Source: a bacterium (GTDB taxonomy: Bacteria > UBA8248). From it: a stretch of 64,000 nt of DNA. Position 1 is the stretch's first letter. Every line of letters starts with the position of its first letter. A program made the position numbers and the translations under genes. Below, in pieces: positions 8,106 through 21,270 of the stretch. The notes under the pieces were generated by a model. The model was not told the DNA's origin. It was given only the letters and a program-made list of their open reading frames with translations, and did not search any database. The stretch is taken from assembly GCA_965213625.1 (NCBI GenBank), contig CBDBZU010000004.1, forward strand, positions 2,208,001 through 2,272,000, read 5' to 3'.

Positions 8106-8929
8106 ACGCGCCTGCTTTCGAGACGCTTCTGTTCGAGGTGCGCGGCCACGTTGCGCTCGTGAGCCTGAACCGCCCCGAGCGGCTGAACGCCATGAACCGC
8201 ACGATGCTGCGCGAGTTGAACGAGGCGTGCGATTTCATCGAGGCGGAAGACTCCATATTCGTCGCCGTTCTAACGGGGGAAGGCAAGTCTTTCTCCTCAG
8301 GCTTCGATCTCAAGGAACAGGCTGAGAACACCCCTGTCGGCTTCACCGAGTGGCGGTGCGCGCTCAGACAGGATTTCGACGCCGTCATGCGCTTCTGGAA
8401 TCTCTCGAAACCAACTATCGCCGCCGTTCGCGGACACGCTTTGGCGGGAGGCTGTGAGTTAGCCTTGGCGTGCGACGTCACCGTCGCGGCGGAAAACGCC
8501 GTGTTCGGGGAGCCTGAGCTCAAATTCGGCGCAGGAATCGTCGTCATGCTGCTACCCTGGCTCACGAACCCCAAGCTGGCGAAGGAGATCATCCTGACCG
8601 GGGAGGATGGAGTTCCGGCGGCTGAGGCCCATCGCATCGGGCTGGTGAACCGGGTCGTTCCGGAGGCCGAGGTGATGGATACTGCGATGTCACTGGCCGG
8701 GAAAATGACGCGGATGGACCAGAGCCTTCTGCGTGCCACCAAGCTGGCGCTCAACCGAACCTACGAGATCATGGGAATGGGCCGCGCGCTCGAAGCCGCG
8801 CTCGACCTGGACCTCATGATCGAGGGCAGGGGAACCGAGGATAAGGCCCGGTTCCTGGAGATTGCGCGAACAGAAGGCCTTCGCGCCGCCGTCGTCTGGC
8901 GCGACGCCAGGTTCGAGGGTTCCGAATAA
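8102..8929 (+). CDS. Enoyl-CoA hydratase/isomerase family protein
   Basis: LNRPERLNA, FSSGFDL, AVRGHALAGGCELALACD, FGEPE. Confidence 0.92.
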   Translation: MNAPAFETLLFEVRGHVALVSLNRPERLNAMNRTMLRELNEACDFIEAEDSIFVAVLTGEGKSFSSGFDLKEQAENTPVGFTEWRCALRQDFDAVMRFWNLSKPTIAAVRGHALAGGCELALACDVTVAAENAVFGEPELKFGAGIVVMLLPWLTNPKLAKEIILTGEDGVPAAEAHRIGLVNRVVPEAEVMDTAMSLAGKMTRMDQSLLRATKLALNRTYEIMGMGRALEAALDLDLMIEGRGTEDKARFLEIARTEGLRAAVVWRDARFEGSE

Positions 8930-9004
8930 AAACTCCCCGCGAAATCCTGGGTCGGCTATCATCCGCCGCCTAATTGTGGAATCATGCCGGGCGTTCTCTC
9001 GCAG

Positions 9005-9036
9005 GCGTCATCGCGGATGAGACGCTGTTTTGTTTT
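9005..9036 (+). terminator. Possible intrinsic terminator
   Basis: GCGTCATC-GCG-GATGAGACGC hairpin followed by TGTTTTGTTTT. Confidence 0.45.
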
Positions 9037-9072
9037 GCGCTTTTTTTGTTCATCCAAGGAGGAAGTCAGCAG

Positions 9073-9627
9073 ATGCACCCACTCATCAAGAACCGCAGAA
9101 GCCTGCGCGCGTTTAACGGCGTGCCGCCCGAACCGGAAAAAATCGAAGCCCTGCTCGAGGCGTTCCGCTGGGCGCCGTCCTCGAACAACCGCCAGCCCTG
9201 GCGCGTCATCGTCGTGGAGTCCGAAGAGGCGCAAGCGAAGTTCAACGAATGCCTGAACGAGGGGAACCGCCAGTGGGCGGCTGCCGCCCCGCTCAAGATG
9301 ATTATTCTCGGAAACCCGGAGGAACAGCCCGAGCGTAACGGGCAGGATCGTTACCTGCTCGACGTCGGCATGGCGCTTGAGAATCTCCTGCTTCAGGGCA
9401 GTGATTTCGGGCTGACCGTGCACGCCATGGCGGGGTGGGACGAGGCGAAGGTGCTCGAGAGTTTCAACATACCCGAGCCGTTTCGCGTCGCGGCGCTGTT
9501 CGCCGTAGGGTATCCGGGAAAGACCGAGGAACTGCATCCCGACGTACAGGCCAAGGACAACAAGCCGCCCGCGCGCAAAGACCCCGCCGAAATTTTCTTC
9601 CGGGACGAATTCGGCAAATCGGGATAA
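9073..9627 (+). CDS. Nitroreductase family protein
   Basis: AAGGAGG RBS; RRSLRAF, WAPSSNNRQPWR, AVGYPG. Confidence 0.92.
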   Translation: MHPLIKNRRSLRAFNGVPPEPEKIEALLEAFRWAPSSNNRQPWRVIVVESEEAQAKFNECLNEGNRQWAAAAPLKMIILGNPEEQPERNGQDRYLLDVGMALENLLLQGSDFGLTVHAMAGWDEAKVLESFNIPEPFRVAALFAVGYPGKTEELHPDVQAKDNKPPARKDPAEIFFRDEFGKSG

Positions 9628-9787
9628 GCTTGAAGTCGGCGTTTCGTGGCGCGTTTCGCGTTTGACCCTCTCCGTCCAAGCCCCTAGAATCCGGCTGGTT
9701 CGCGGGATGAGGTTCCCGGCTTTGTGATTTTCAGTGGTTCATGTCGCCTGCTATTTGTCGGTTCTCTTGTCGCTGTAAGGGACGGTC

Positions 9788-10459
9788 TTGTTCTCATCCG
9801 ACTTCATTCAGCAGTTGCTAATTGCTGTGCCGGCCATTCTGCTGGCGCTCACCTTTCACGAGGTGGCGCACGGCTGGATGGCCGACAAGCTGGGCGACAA
9901 CACGGCGCGTATGCTGGGCCGCTTGAATCTCAACCCCATCGTCCATCTCGATCCGCTGGGGACGCTCGCCTTCGTCATCTCCATGGTGGGGGGCGTGGGC
10001 TTCGGCTGGGCGAAGCCTGTGCCTGTAAATCCGGGTAATTTCAGTCACCCCAGACGCGGGATGATGTGGGTGGCCCTCGCGGGACCGGCGACGAATTTCA
10101 TACTGGCCATCATCAGCGGTTTTTTGTTTTCTCTGTTGCGCAGCTCGGGTATGGGCTTCACCTTCGTGGGCGAGCCGCTCATGTTGATGCTGCGGGCGAG
10201 CTTCACCATCAACACCGCGCTCGCGGCGTTCAACCTGATTCCCATCCTCCCCTTCGACGGGGGGAGGATCGTGATGGGGCTTTTGCCCAGAAGATTAGCG
10301 TGGCAATACTCGCGCAGCGAGCCGTTCGGGTTCTTTATCGTGCTGGGCCTTTTGCTGCTGGGTGTGCTTCACACGATTATGATGCCGATTTTCGTCGCTC
10401 TGGCTACGGCCGAGCAGGTTTTTGTGTTAAATCTTCTCAGAATCTTTGGATTGGCGTAG
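9788..10459 (+). CDS. Site-2 protease (M50 family)
   Basis: HEVAH, GWAKPVPVNP, FNLIPILPFDG; hydrophobic. Confidence 0.92.
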   Translation: MFSSDFIQQLLIAVPAILLALTFHEVAHGWMADKLGDNTARMLGRLNLNPIVHLDPLGTLAFVISMVGGVGFGWAKPVPVNPGNFSHPRRGMMWVALAGPATNFILAIISGFLFSLLRSSGMGFTFVGEPLMLMLRASFTINTALAAFNLIPILPFDGGRIVMGLLPRRLAWQYSRSEPFGFFIVLGLLLLGVLHTIMMPIFVALATAEQVFVLNLLRIFGLA

Positions 10460-10495
10460 CGGGTTTTTTGTAGTGAGTGGATCAAGGATACACGG

Positions 10496-11518
10496 ATGAA
10501 GGACAGCCGGAACCAGAAAAACAGGCCGACGCGGTTTCTCTCCGGTGTGCAGCCCTCGGGAAAACTGCACCTGGGTAATTATTTCGGCGCGCTCAAACAG
10601 CACATCGCGCTCCAGGATGAGGCCGAGGCCTTCTACTTCATCGCGAACTATCACGCCATGACGACGGTGCAGGACAAAGACCTGCTGGCGGAGCAGACGC
10701 TTGCCGTGGCGATGGACTACCTCGCTCTGGGGCTGGACCCCGAAAAGGCGGTTTTCTTCCGCCAGTCCGACGTGCCCGAGGTGAACGAACTCGCCTGGAT
10801 GCTCTCCGCCGTCACGGGCAAGGGACTTCTGGATCGTGCCACGTCGTTCAAGGACAAGGTGGCGAGAGGCATCACGCCCTCGATGGGGCTTTACTATTAC
10901 CCGATGCTCATGGCCGCCGACATTCTGATCTACCGCTCCACCATCGTGCCTGTGGGTGAGGATCAGGTTCAGCACCTCGAAATGACGCGGGATATGGCGC
11001 TGGCCTTCAACAACACGTATGGGGAAATCTTCCCCCTGCCCACCGTCAGGCTCGATGCAGGCGCCAAGGTGCCGGGCTTGGACGGCCAGAAGATGAGCAA
11101 AAGCTATGACAACACGATAGAGATTTTCGAGGAGGGAAAACGCTTGAGAAAGCGCGTGATGTCGATTGTTACCGACTCCACCCCGCTCGAAGAACCCAAA
11201 GACCCCGACGCCTGCAATGTGTTCGCCTTGTATCAGCTCTTCTCTGATGAGGCGGAACAGGAGGAGTTGAGGGATAATTACCGGACGCCCGGGTTCGGCT
11301 ACGGCAACGCGAAACAGGTACTCTTCGAGAAGATGGACGCGTATTTCGCGCCTTATCGGGAAGAAAGAAAACGCCTGGAAGGGGATATCGGCTATGTAGA
11401 GGGCGTCCTGGCCGAAGGCGGAGCCAAGGCGAGAGCGGAGGCGCAAGAGACGATGCGCCTCGTCAGGGCTGCGGCGGGAATACCCGGGATGCCCGTATCG
11501 GCGGTCGAAACGACCTAA
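10496..11518 (+). CDS. trpS: Tryptophan--tRNA ligase
   Basis: [36 protein letters not shown]. Confidence 0.97.
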   Translation: MKDSRNQKNRPTRFLSGVQPSGKLHLGNYFGALKQHIALQDEAEAFYFIANYHAMTTVQDKDLLAEQTLAVAMDYLALGLDPEKAVFFRQSDVPEVNELAWMLSAVTGKGLLDRATSFKDKVARGITPSMGLYYYPMLMAADILIYRSTIVPVGEDQVQHLEMTRDMALAFNNTYGEIFPLPTVRLDAGAKVPGLDGQKMSKSYDNTIEIFEEGKRLRKRVMSIVTDSTPLEEPKDPDACNVFALYQLFSDEAEQEELRDNYRTPGFGYGNAKQVLFEKMDAYFAPYREERKRLEGDIGYVEGVLAEGGAKARAEAQETMRLVRAAAGIPGMPVSAVETT

Positions 11519-11535
11519 AAAGACTGGATGGGAGA

Positions 11536-14387
<2,852 letters not shown>

Positions 14388-14391
<4 letters not shown>

Positions 14392-14897
14392 GCCAAAGTC
14401 TGGGGCTCAAACCGTTTTTCCTCATTGCCGCTCTTTTCGCCTTGGCCGATCAGGCCATCAAGCAGGTTGTCGACAAGACTTTCGCACTCGGCGATTCGCA
14501 CGCCGTTATCCAGGGATTTTTTAACCTTGTATATCTGAGAAATTCCGGCGGCGCGTTCAGCATTCTCGACGGCCTGCCTCCCCTGTGGGGTCGCCTTTTC
14601 TTTATCTGCGCTACCCTGGCGGCTTTGGCGTTCGTCCTCTATCTGTACTGTTCTCATCCGCCGGGAAATCTCTGGGGAAGAGCGGGCATGATTCTCGTTT
14701 TCGGCGGCGGTCTGGGGAATCTGGTCGACAGGGTCGCGTATGGCGAGGTGATTGATTATCTCCTGTTCTATTATGGGCAATACCATTGGCCCGCTTTTAA
14801 CCTGGCGGACTCAGGCATCACGGTCGGGGTCGGTATGATGATACTCGATATCATACGGGGTCCGGCCGAGACCGCATCGACGGGGGAGAGCAGGTAG
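14388..14897 (+). CDS. lspA: Lipoprotein signal peptidase II
   Basis: GTG overlaps the ileS stop; ADQAIK, NSGGAFS, GNLVDR, VIDY, FNLADS. Confidence 0.95.
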
Positions 14898-14960
14898 AAC
14901 GAATCGCCCGGACAATAGCCGGTTTCACGAGAGGTGGATTATCTTTCCGGAGGGTTGGAG

Positions 14961-15503
14961 ATGCTGGGCCCTTTCCCGTTTTCGGGGACGCATGCGAGCC
15001 GGAACAATCCCTCGATAGGCTCGGCGACCAGGGCGCGCGGCTATGCGCGCCATTATTTATGGAACACCTCTATTTTCTGGGGACTGGTTTCCCTGGTGTG
15101 TATTTCGTGCCTGGGATTACTGGTCGCGCAGCGCCCCATTCAACAAGAGACGCTCTTCTACGCCGCCGCATCTGTTCTTGGCGCTTCGCTCGCCTATGCG
15201 TTCTGGAGAACCTCGCGCGCCCTCACGGACCTGATGGGCGAACCCGTGAACTTCGAGGGCCGGGTGGCGTCCAAGTCCTCTTATATCTTCTGGAACAAGC
15301 TCGCTTTTCTGGAGGAGAAGTATCATCTCCAGATCGTACGCGGTATCGGTATGCGTCCGCTGACGCTCGGGAGCGGAAAAAGCATAAGGGAAGGCTGGTT
15401 TCTGGCCGCGCAGGGTTATCACGACCTCCTGGCTCAGGGCGACCAGGTCCGCGGGACAATTTATCCCCGAACGCGCATCGTCGGCACCCTCGTCAAGGTG
15501 TGA
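14961..15503 (+). CDS. Hypothetical membrane protein (2 TM plus soluble C-terminal domain)
   Basis: Fills the lspA-rluD gap; two hydrophobic segments; alternative GTG start at 14934. Confidence 0.6.
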   Translation: MLGPFPFSGTHASRNNPSIGSATRARGYARHYLWNTSIFWGLVSLVCISCLGLLVAQRPIQQETLFYAAASVLGASLAYAFWRTSRALTDLMGEPVNFEGRVASKSSYIFWNKLAFLEEKYHLQIVRGIGMRPLTLGSGKSIREGWFLAAQGYHDLLAQGDQVRGTIYPRTRIVGTLVKV

Positions 15504-15505
15504 GT

Positions 15506-16465
15506 ATGGCGGAGCGAGGCGAGAGGACCTGGACGCTGACCTGCCATGAAGGCGCCAAGCGGATCGATTCGTTCCTGGCCCATAGGCTGAAAGAACTCTC
15601 TCGTTCGCGCGTGCAGGGGCTCATCAGGGACGGCATGGTCTCAGTCGATGGAAGAACCGAGACAAAGGCGGCGCACTCCCTTCCAGGCGGCGCGCGTGTC
15701 GTGGTGACGTTGCCGCCTCCCGTGCCCTCTCACATCGAGGCCGAAGAGGTTGCGCTCGACGTTCGCTACGAGGACGCGCACCTTCTCGTCGTCAACAAGC
15801 CCCCCGGCATGGTGGTTCACCCCGGGGCGGGTCAGCGCAAGGGAACCTTGGCCGCCGCTCTTTTGCATCATTGCATGGGGCAGCTTTCGGGCATCGGTGG
15901 TGTGGAAAGGCCCGGCATCGTTCACCGGCTCGACAAGGACACTTCCGGTCTTCTGATTGCGGCGAAAACAGACGCCGCGCACGGAAAACTCTCCGCCGAC
16001 CTCAAGGCGCGCCGGATTCACCGGCACTATCTGGCCATCGTTCGGGGCATACCTGCGCAGGGGGAAGGGACGATAGACGCCCCCATTGGGCGGCATCCGG
16101 CTCACAGAACGGCCATGGCGGTTGTGGAAAGCGGTCGTCGGGCGGTGACCCATTACAAGGTCCGGGAAGTGCTGGGAGACGCATCGGTTTTGGGTATTAA
16201 GCTGGAGACGGGCAGAACGCACCAGATCAGGGTGCACATGAGCCATATCGGGCATCCCATCGTGGGAGATCCGGTGTATGGCCTGGGGCGGTTGCCGAGA
16301 GGGCCGCGCAAGAAAATAAAATCGAATCAAAAAAGCCTCATCGAGAGACAGGCCCTCCATGCCCACAGGTTGGCTTTTCGCCACCCCATCGACGGGGAAG
16401 AGCGGGAGTTGATGGCCGAACCGCCGGCGGATTTTCTCAAGCTGCTGGAGGATTTGCGGGAATAG
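15506..16465 (+). CDS. rluD: RluA/RluD-family pseudouridine synthase
   Basis: N-terminal S4 domain (RIDSFLA...SRSRVQ), NKPPGMVVHP, GIVHRLDKDTSG, TGRTHQIRVH. Confidence 0.92.
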   Translation: MAERGERTWTLTCHEGAKRIDSFLAHRLKELSRSRVQGLIRDGMVSVDGRTETKAAHSLPGGARVVVTLPPPVPSHIEAEEVALDVRYEDAHLLVVNKPPGMVVHPGAGQRKGTLAAALLHHCMGQLSGIGGVERPGIVHRLDKDTSGLLIAAKTDAAHGKLSADLKARRIHRHYLAIVRGIPAQGEGTIDAPIGRHPAHRTAMAVVESGRRAVTHYKVREVLGDASVLGIKLETGRTHQIRVHMSHIGHPIVGDPVYGLGRLPRGPRKKIKSNQKSLIERQALHAHRLAFRHPIDGEERELMAEPPADFLKLLEDLRE

Positions 16466-16672
16466 CTTTCTGGCAGAGAGTGTTTTATGCCCGAAACGTC
16501 CGTTACGCCATGCGATTTCAGTGCGCTTCATTCCTTGCCTATCGCGTTCGAGGTATGCCATAAGAACCCCTGGTTTATGAAAATACCAATTCAAGCATTT
16601 TAGTACTCCGTACCGAATTTGGAATACCATATGGTCGGATACAATTCATCTCTTTGAAAATTGAGGGTTTAC

Positions 16673-17857
16673 ATGAAAGATGTCGTCATTCTCAGCAGCG
16701 TTCGTTCTCCGGGCGGGGCCTTCGGCGGCACGCTCAAGGGCATGACCGCACCGGAGTTGGGCGTACACATCGCGCAAGAGGCTATTCAAAGATCGGGGGT
16801 GGATCCCGAACATTTCGACGAGACCATTATCGGCCACGGATGGCAGGCGGGCGTGGGGCCCAATTCCGCGCGGCTCATCTCGGTGAGCGCAGGTCTTCCG
16901 AAGGAGACGCCCGCGTACACGATCAACAAGCGCTGCGGTTCGAGCATCAAGGCCGCCGCTCTGGCCGCGCAGGCGATTCGTGCGGGCGATGCGGAGGTCG
17001 TCCTCGCCGGAGGAGTGGAGAGCACCTCCAACGTGCCCTTCGTGAACCCGGGTGCGCGGTGGGGGAACCGCTTCGGGCACGCGCAGTTTCTGGACCTGAT
17101 CTACAAGGACGGCTATGAAGATCCCCTCTCGGGACAGCTCATGGGCGTGACGGCGGAGAATCTGGTGGAAAAATACAACCTGAGCCGAGAGGAGCAGGAC
17201 GAATACGCGCTCGAAAGCCAGGAGAAGGCCGTAGCGGCCATTGAGAGCGGGAAGTTCACCGGGGAAATCGTGCCGGTCGAAATGAAAGGGCGTAAAGGCG
17301 AGGTGAACGTGTTCGATAAGGACGAGACGCCCCGCAGCGGCATGTCGATGGAAAAACTAGGGCGCCTCAGGCCCGTTTTCGACAAGAACGGCTCCGTCAC
17401 CCCAGGCAATTCGTGTTGTCAGGCGGATGCGGCCTCCGCACTCGTGCTGGCGTCGCAGGAGAAGGCGGACGAGTTGGACGCAAAGCCCATCGCCGTCCTG
17501 CGCGGCTACGCCTCAACGGGCGTGGAGCCTCGCTACATGGGGCTGGGTCCCGTCACGGCTATTCCGAAGGCGCTCGAACGTGCGGGTCTCGCGCTCGAGG
17601 ATATGGACTTGATAGAGGTGAACGAGGCGTTCGCCGCCCAGGTCATCGCCTGCGAGCGCGAACTCGAGTGGGACAGAAAAAAGCTGAACGTGCATGGCGG
17701 CGCCATCGCCCTCGGGCATCCGGTGGGTGCTACGGGCGGCAAAATTATCGCCACCTGCCTGAGCGCGCTCGAGCAAAGGGGCGGGCAATTCGGCGTCGTG
17801 AGCGCCTGCATCGGCGGGGGCCAGGGTGTGGCCGTCGTTTTGGAGCGCGTCGCTTAG
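16673..17857 (+). CDS. Acetyl-CoA C-acyltransferase (thiolase)
   Basis: INKRCGSS, NEAFA, GGAIALGHPVGATG, SACIGGG. Confidence 0.95.
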   Translation: MKDVVILSSVRSPGGAFGGTLKGMTAPELGVHIAQEAIQRSGVDPEHFDETIIGHGWQAGVGPNSARLISVSAGLPKETPAYTINKRCGSSIKAAALAAQAIRAGDAEVVLAGGVESTSNVPFVNPGARWGNRFGHAQFLDLIYKDGYEDPLSGQLMGVTAENLVEKYNLSREEQDEYALESQEKAVAAIESGKFTGEIVPVEMKGRKGEVNVFDKDETPRSGMSMEKLGRLRPVFDKNGSVTPGNSCCQADAASALVLASQEKADELDAKPIAVLRGYASTGVEPRYMGLGPVTAIPKALERAGLALEDMDLIEVNEAFAAQVIACERELEWDRKKLNVHGGAIALGHPVGATGGKIIATCLSALEQRGGQFGVVSACIGGGQGVAVVLERVA

Positions 17858-17896
17858 GCGCGGTGATTGTAAGACTTAAGGACGCAAGAGGGTGAG

Positions 17897-18751
17897 ATGG
17901 GGATAGAAAAGGCAATGGTGGTGGGTGCGGGAACGATGGGCGCAGGAATCGCCCAGGTGTTCGCGCAAAACGAGATACCGGTGGTACTGACCGACCTGAA
18001 CGAAGAGATGGTGGTGAAGGCCATCGGGAGTCTCGAGGCGCGCGCGGCGAAACGCGTCGAGCAGGGAAAGATGTCTGCTGAGGCGAAAGACGCCATATTC
18101 TCGCGCATCACGCCGGGAACGGGCTACGCGAAGGCGGCGGATGCGGACATCGTCGTCGAGGCTGTTTTCGAGGACATGGAAATCAAGAAAAAAGTGCTGG
18201 GCGCACTGGATGAGGCGGCGCCCGAGCGCGCGATTGTCGCATCGAACACCACTTCCCTCTCCATCACCGAGATGGCGGCGGCCACTTCCAGGCCGGAGAA
18301 GGTCGTGGGCGTGCATTTCTTCAATCCGCCCCTGGTGATGAAGCTCGTCGAGATCATGCCGGGCCTCGGTACCTCCAGGGAGACGGTGGAAGCGGCGCGC
18401 ACACTCGCCGAGCGGCTCGGCAAGACGCCCGTAATGGCGAATTTCGACAGCCCGGCGGGCATCGGCAGCCGTGTGCTGGCGGGGATGCTCAACGAGGCGG
18501 TGGAGGTATATGCGGGTGGTCTCGCGTCCGCCGAGGACATCGACAAGGCGATGAAGATGGGCGCAGGCCTGCCCATGGGGCCGCTCGAACTCATCGACCT
18601 GATCGGCGTGGACATCCACCTCGCCAAGACGGAGACGCTCTACCGTGAACTGGGAGATACGCGCTACCGGCCCAATTTTCTGTTGCGCAAGATGGTCAGG
18701 GCGGGTCATTTAGGCCGAAAGTCCGGCCGCGGCTTCTTCACCTACGAATAA
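17897..18751 (+). CDS. 3-hydroxyacyl-CoA dehydrogenase (Hbd-like)
   Basis: GAGTMGAG, EAVFE, ASNT, HFFNP, PMGPLEL, GRKSGRGFF. Confidence 0.92.
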   Translation: MGIEKAMVVGAGTMGAGIAQVFAQNEIPVVLTDLNEEMVVKAIGSLEARAAKRVEQGKMSAEAKDAIFSRITPGTGYAKAADADIVVEAVFEDMEIKKKVLGALDEAAPERAIVASNTTSLSITEMAAATSRPEKVVGVHFFNPPLVMKLVEIMPGLGTSRETVEAARTLAERLGKTPVMANFDSPAGIGSRVLAGMLNEAVEVYAGGLASAEDIDKAMKMGAGLPMGPLELIDLIGVDIHLAKTETLYRELGDTRYRPNFLLRKMVRAGHLGRKSGRGFFTYE

Positions 18752-18772
18752 GCATCATATCCTGAGAAAACA

Positions 18773-19924
18773 GTGGATTTTGAACTCAACGAAACCCAGC
18801 GGCTGATCAAGGAAACGGCGGCGGAGTTCGCCCAGAGGCGAATCGTGCCCGTGGCCCGGGAAAACGACGAGAAAGAACGTTACCCGGCGGAGATCGTCGC
18901 CGAAATGGGCGAGTTGGGCATGTTCGGCGGGCCGATTCCCGAGGAATACGGCGGCGCGGGTCTCGACTATATCTCCTACGCCATCATGAACGAGGAGATC
19001 AGCAAGGCGTGCAGTTCGGTGCGCACCGTCTTGTCTGTGCAGCTCTCTCTCGTCGCCACCACGATTCTGAAGTGGGGCAGCGAGGCACAGAAGAAGAAGT
19101 ATCTGCCGAAACTCTGCACGGCGGAATGGATTGGTTGTTTCGGCCTCACGGAGCCGGACGTGGGCTCCGATGCGCAGCACCTGAAGACCTTTGCGCAGAA
19201 GACTGCTGGCGGCTGGAAACTGAGTGGCCAGAAGATATGGATCAGCAACGGCGGCGTCGCGCAACTCGCACTCGTGATCGCGCAGACCGATCGTGAGAAC
19301 CCCCGCAAGATGGCGGCGTTCCTGGTGGAAACCGACCGACCCGGCTTCGAGGCCAAGACAATGCACGGAAAACTGGGTCTCAGGAGCTCGAACACCGCCG
19401 AGCTTTTCCTGGCGAACGTGGAAGTGCCGGATGACGCCTTGATGGGGGAAGTGGGCGATGGCTTCAAGGTCGCGATGAGCGCGCTAGACAACGGTCGCTA
19501 TTCCGTGGGCGCGGGTTGCCTGGGCATCGCACAGGGTTCCCTCGAAGCGTCTGTCGCCTACGCGAAAGAACGCCACACGTTCGGAAAGCCCATCGCGGCG
19601 CATCAACTCGTACAGGACATGATTGCCCGGATGGTAGTCGATATCGACGCGAGCAGGCTCCTGCTCTACCGGGCGGGGGAACTCAAGAACGCAGGGCAAC
19701 CGAACACGCGCGAGACCTCCATCGCCAAATACTATTGCAGCGAAGCGGCCCTTCGCTGCGCGAACGACGCCATTCAGATTCACGGCGGCATGGGCTACAG
19801 CAACGAGTATCCCGTGGAGCGCTATATGCGCGACGCCCGCGTGGCGACCATTTACGAGGGAACCAGCCAGATTCAAAAGATCATCATCGCAGGCTTTGAA
19901 ACCGGAATCCGCGCGTTCGCGTGA
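18773..19924 (+). CDS. Acyl-CoA dehydrogenase
   Basis: FGLTEPDVGSD, KIWISNG, QIHGGMGY, IYEGTSQI. Confidence 0.95.
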   Translation: MDFELNETQRLIKETAAEFAQRRIVPVARENDEKERYPAEIVAEMGELGMFGGPIPEEYGGAGLDYISYAIMNEEISKACSSVRTVLSVQLSLVATTILKWGSEAQKKKYLPKLCTAEWIGCFGLTEPDVGSDAQHLKTFAQKTAGGWKLSGQKIWISNGGVAQLALVIAQTDRENPRKMAAFLVETDRPGFEAKTMHGKLGLRSSNTAELFLANVEVPDDALMGEVGDGFKVAMSALDNGRYSVGAGCLGIAQGSLEASVAYAKERHTFGKPIAAHQLVQDMIARMVVDIDASRLLLYRAGELKNAGQPNTRETSIAKYYCSEAALRCANDAIQIHGGMGYSNEYPVERYMRDARVATIYEGTSQIQKIIIAGFETGIRAFA

Positions 19925-20088
19925 GCGAATAATATCGCAAGTCTTTGAATTTCTGTTATTTGAATGTTGTCAGGCACCCAGTCATCGATTGTTCTCGGAA
20001 TCATGATGCAAGAAACCTCTTGAAATTCGTTCCGATACGCGGTAAGGCTCAAGAAGGGCAGTGATATCAGCCGCTACGCGAGGTTGTC

Positions 20089-21198
20089 ATGACGAATCCC
20101 GAGCAGGAACTGCACAGAACCTCCCTGTATGAAACCCACAAGGCCGCAGGCGCCAAGATGGTGCCCTTCGCAGGCTATGAGATGCCCGTCCAGTACACGG
20201 GCGTCATCGAGGAGCACCGTGCGGTGCGGGAAGCGGCCGGTCTGTTCGACGTGAGCCACATGGGCGAGTTCGAAGCGCGCGGAAAAGAAGCGGGCGCTTT
20301 CGTCCACAAGTTGGTGACGAACAACGTCCGCAAGCTCGAGGTGGGCGGCGTCCTTTATGCGGCCATGTGCAGGGAGGAAGGCGGGATCGTGGATGACCTC
20401 ACGGTCTACCGGCTCGATGATGAGCGCTATATGGCCGTCGTGAACGCGGCGAACATCGAAAAAGACTGGGAGTGGATGGCTTCCCACCACACCGAGGACT
20501 GCGAGTTCGAAAACGTGAGTGAGCGGATTGGCCTCCTCGCCTTACAAGGCCCCAAGGCGGAATACATATTAGGCAAATTGATTCCGGGCGGAGGAGACCT
20601 CGCCGGCATCCCCTACTACGGGGCGCATCACAAGGATGTGGCGGGGTGTGAAGTGCTGGTCTCCCGCACGGGCTATACCGGAGAGGACGGTTTTGAGCTC
20701 TATTGCAAATCGGCAGATGCGCCTGTGCTCTGGGATGCGCTGATGAGCGAGGGCGTGGGCGAGGGTCTCAAGCCCTGCGGCCTCGGCGCGCGGGATACAT
20801 TGCGCACCGAGATGAAATTCGCTCTGTATGGAAACGACATCGATGAGTCCACCCATCCGCTCGAAGCGGGTCTCGGCTGGGTGGTGAGGTACAAGGCGGG
20901 GGATTTCATCGGCCGCGAGAAACTGTTGGCCCTCAAGGCCGAGGGCGTGAAGCGAAAACTGGTTGGATTCGAGATGGTGGATCGTGGTATTCCTCGTCAT
21001 GGAGCGCCCATCCTCATCGACGGCGAAGTGGCCGGTGAGGTGACGAGCGGGACGATGAGTCCCTCTCTTGGCAAAGCCATCGGGATAGGCTACGTTCCTG
21101 CCTCGAATGCAGGTGAGGGTGCTGCTCTCGAAATCGACATCCGCGGCAAAGCGAGGCGGGCGCAGATAGTGAAGACACCTTTTTACAAGAAGAGCTAG
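20089..21198 (+). CDS. gcvT: Glycine cleavage T protein (aminomethyltransferase)
   Basis: FDVSHMG, SRTGYTGEDGFE, GLGARDTLR. Confidence 0.97.
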   Translation: MTNPEQELHRTSLYETHKAAGAKMVPFAGYEMPVQYTGVIEEHRAVREAAGLFDVSHMGEFEARGKEAGAFVHKLVTNNVRKLEVGGVLYAAMCREEGGIVDDLTVYRLDDERYMAVVNAANIEKDWEWMASHHTEDCEFENVSERIGLLALQGPKAEYILGKLIPGGGDLAGIPYYGAHHKDVAGCEVLVSRTGYTGEDGFELYCKSADAPVLWDALMSEGVGEGLKPCGLGARDTLRTEMKFALYGNDIDESTHPLEAGLGWVVRYKAGDFIGREKLLALKAEGVKRKLVGFEMVDRGIPRHGAPILIDGEVAGEVTSGTMSPSLGKAIGIGYVPASNAGEGAALEIDIRGKARRAQIVKTPFYKKS

Positions 21199-21270
21199 CG
21201 GAGAAAATTACATTTTCTCATAACAAATCATCAGAAACTGCCGTCATTTAAGAGGGAGGCATTCAGGAGC

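Noticed and set aside
19925-20088. Possible glycine riboswitch upstream of gcvT
   Set aside because: No GGAGA...CCGAAG...CTCTCAGG core is visible.
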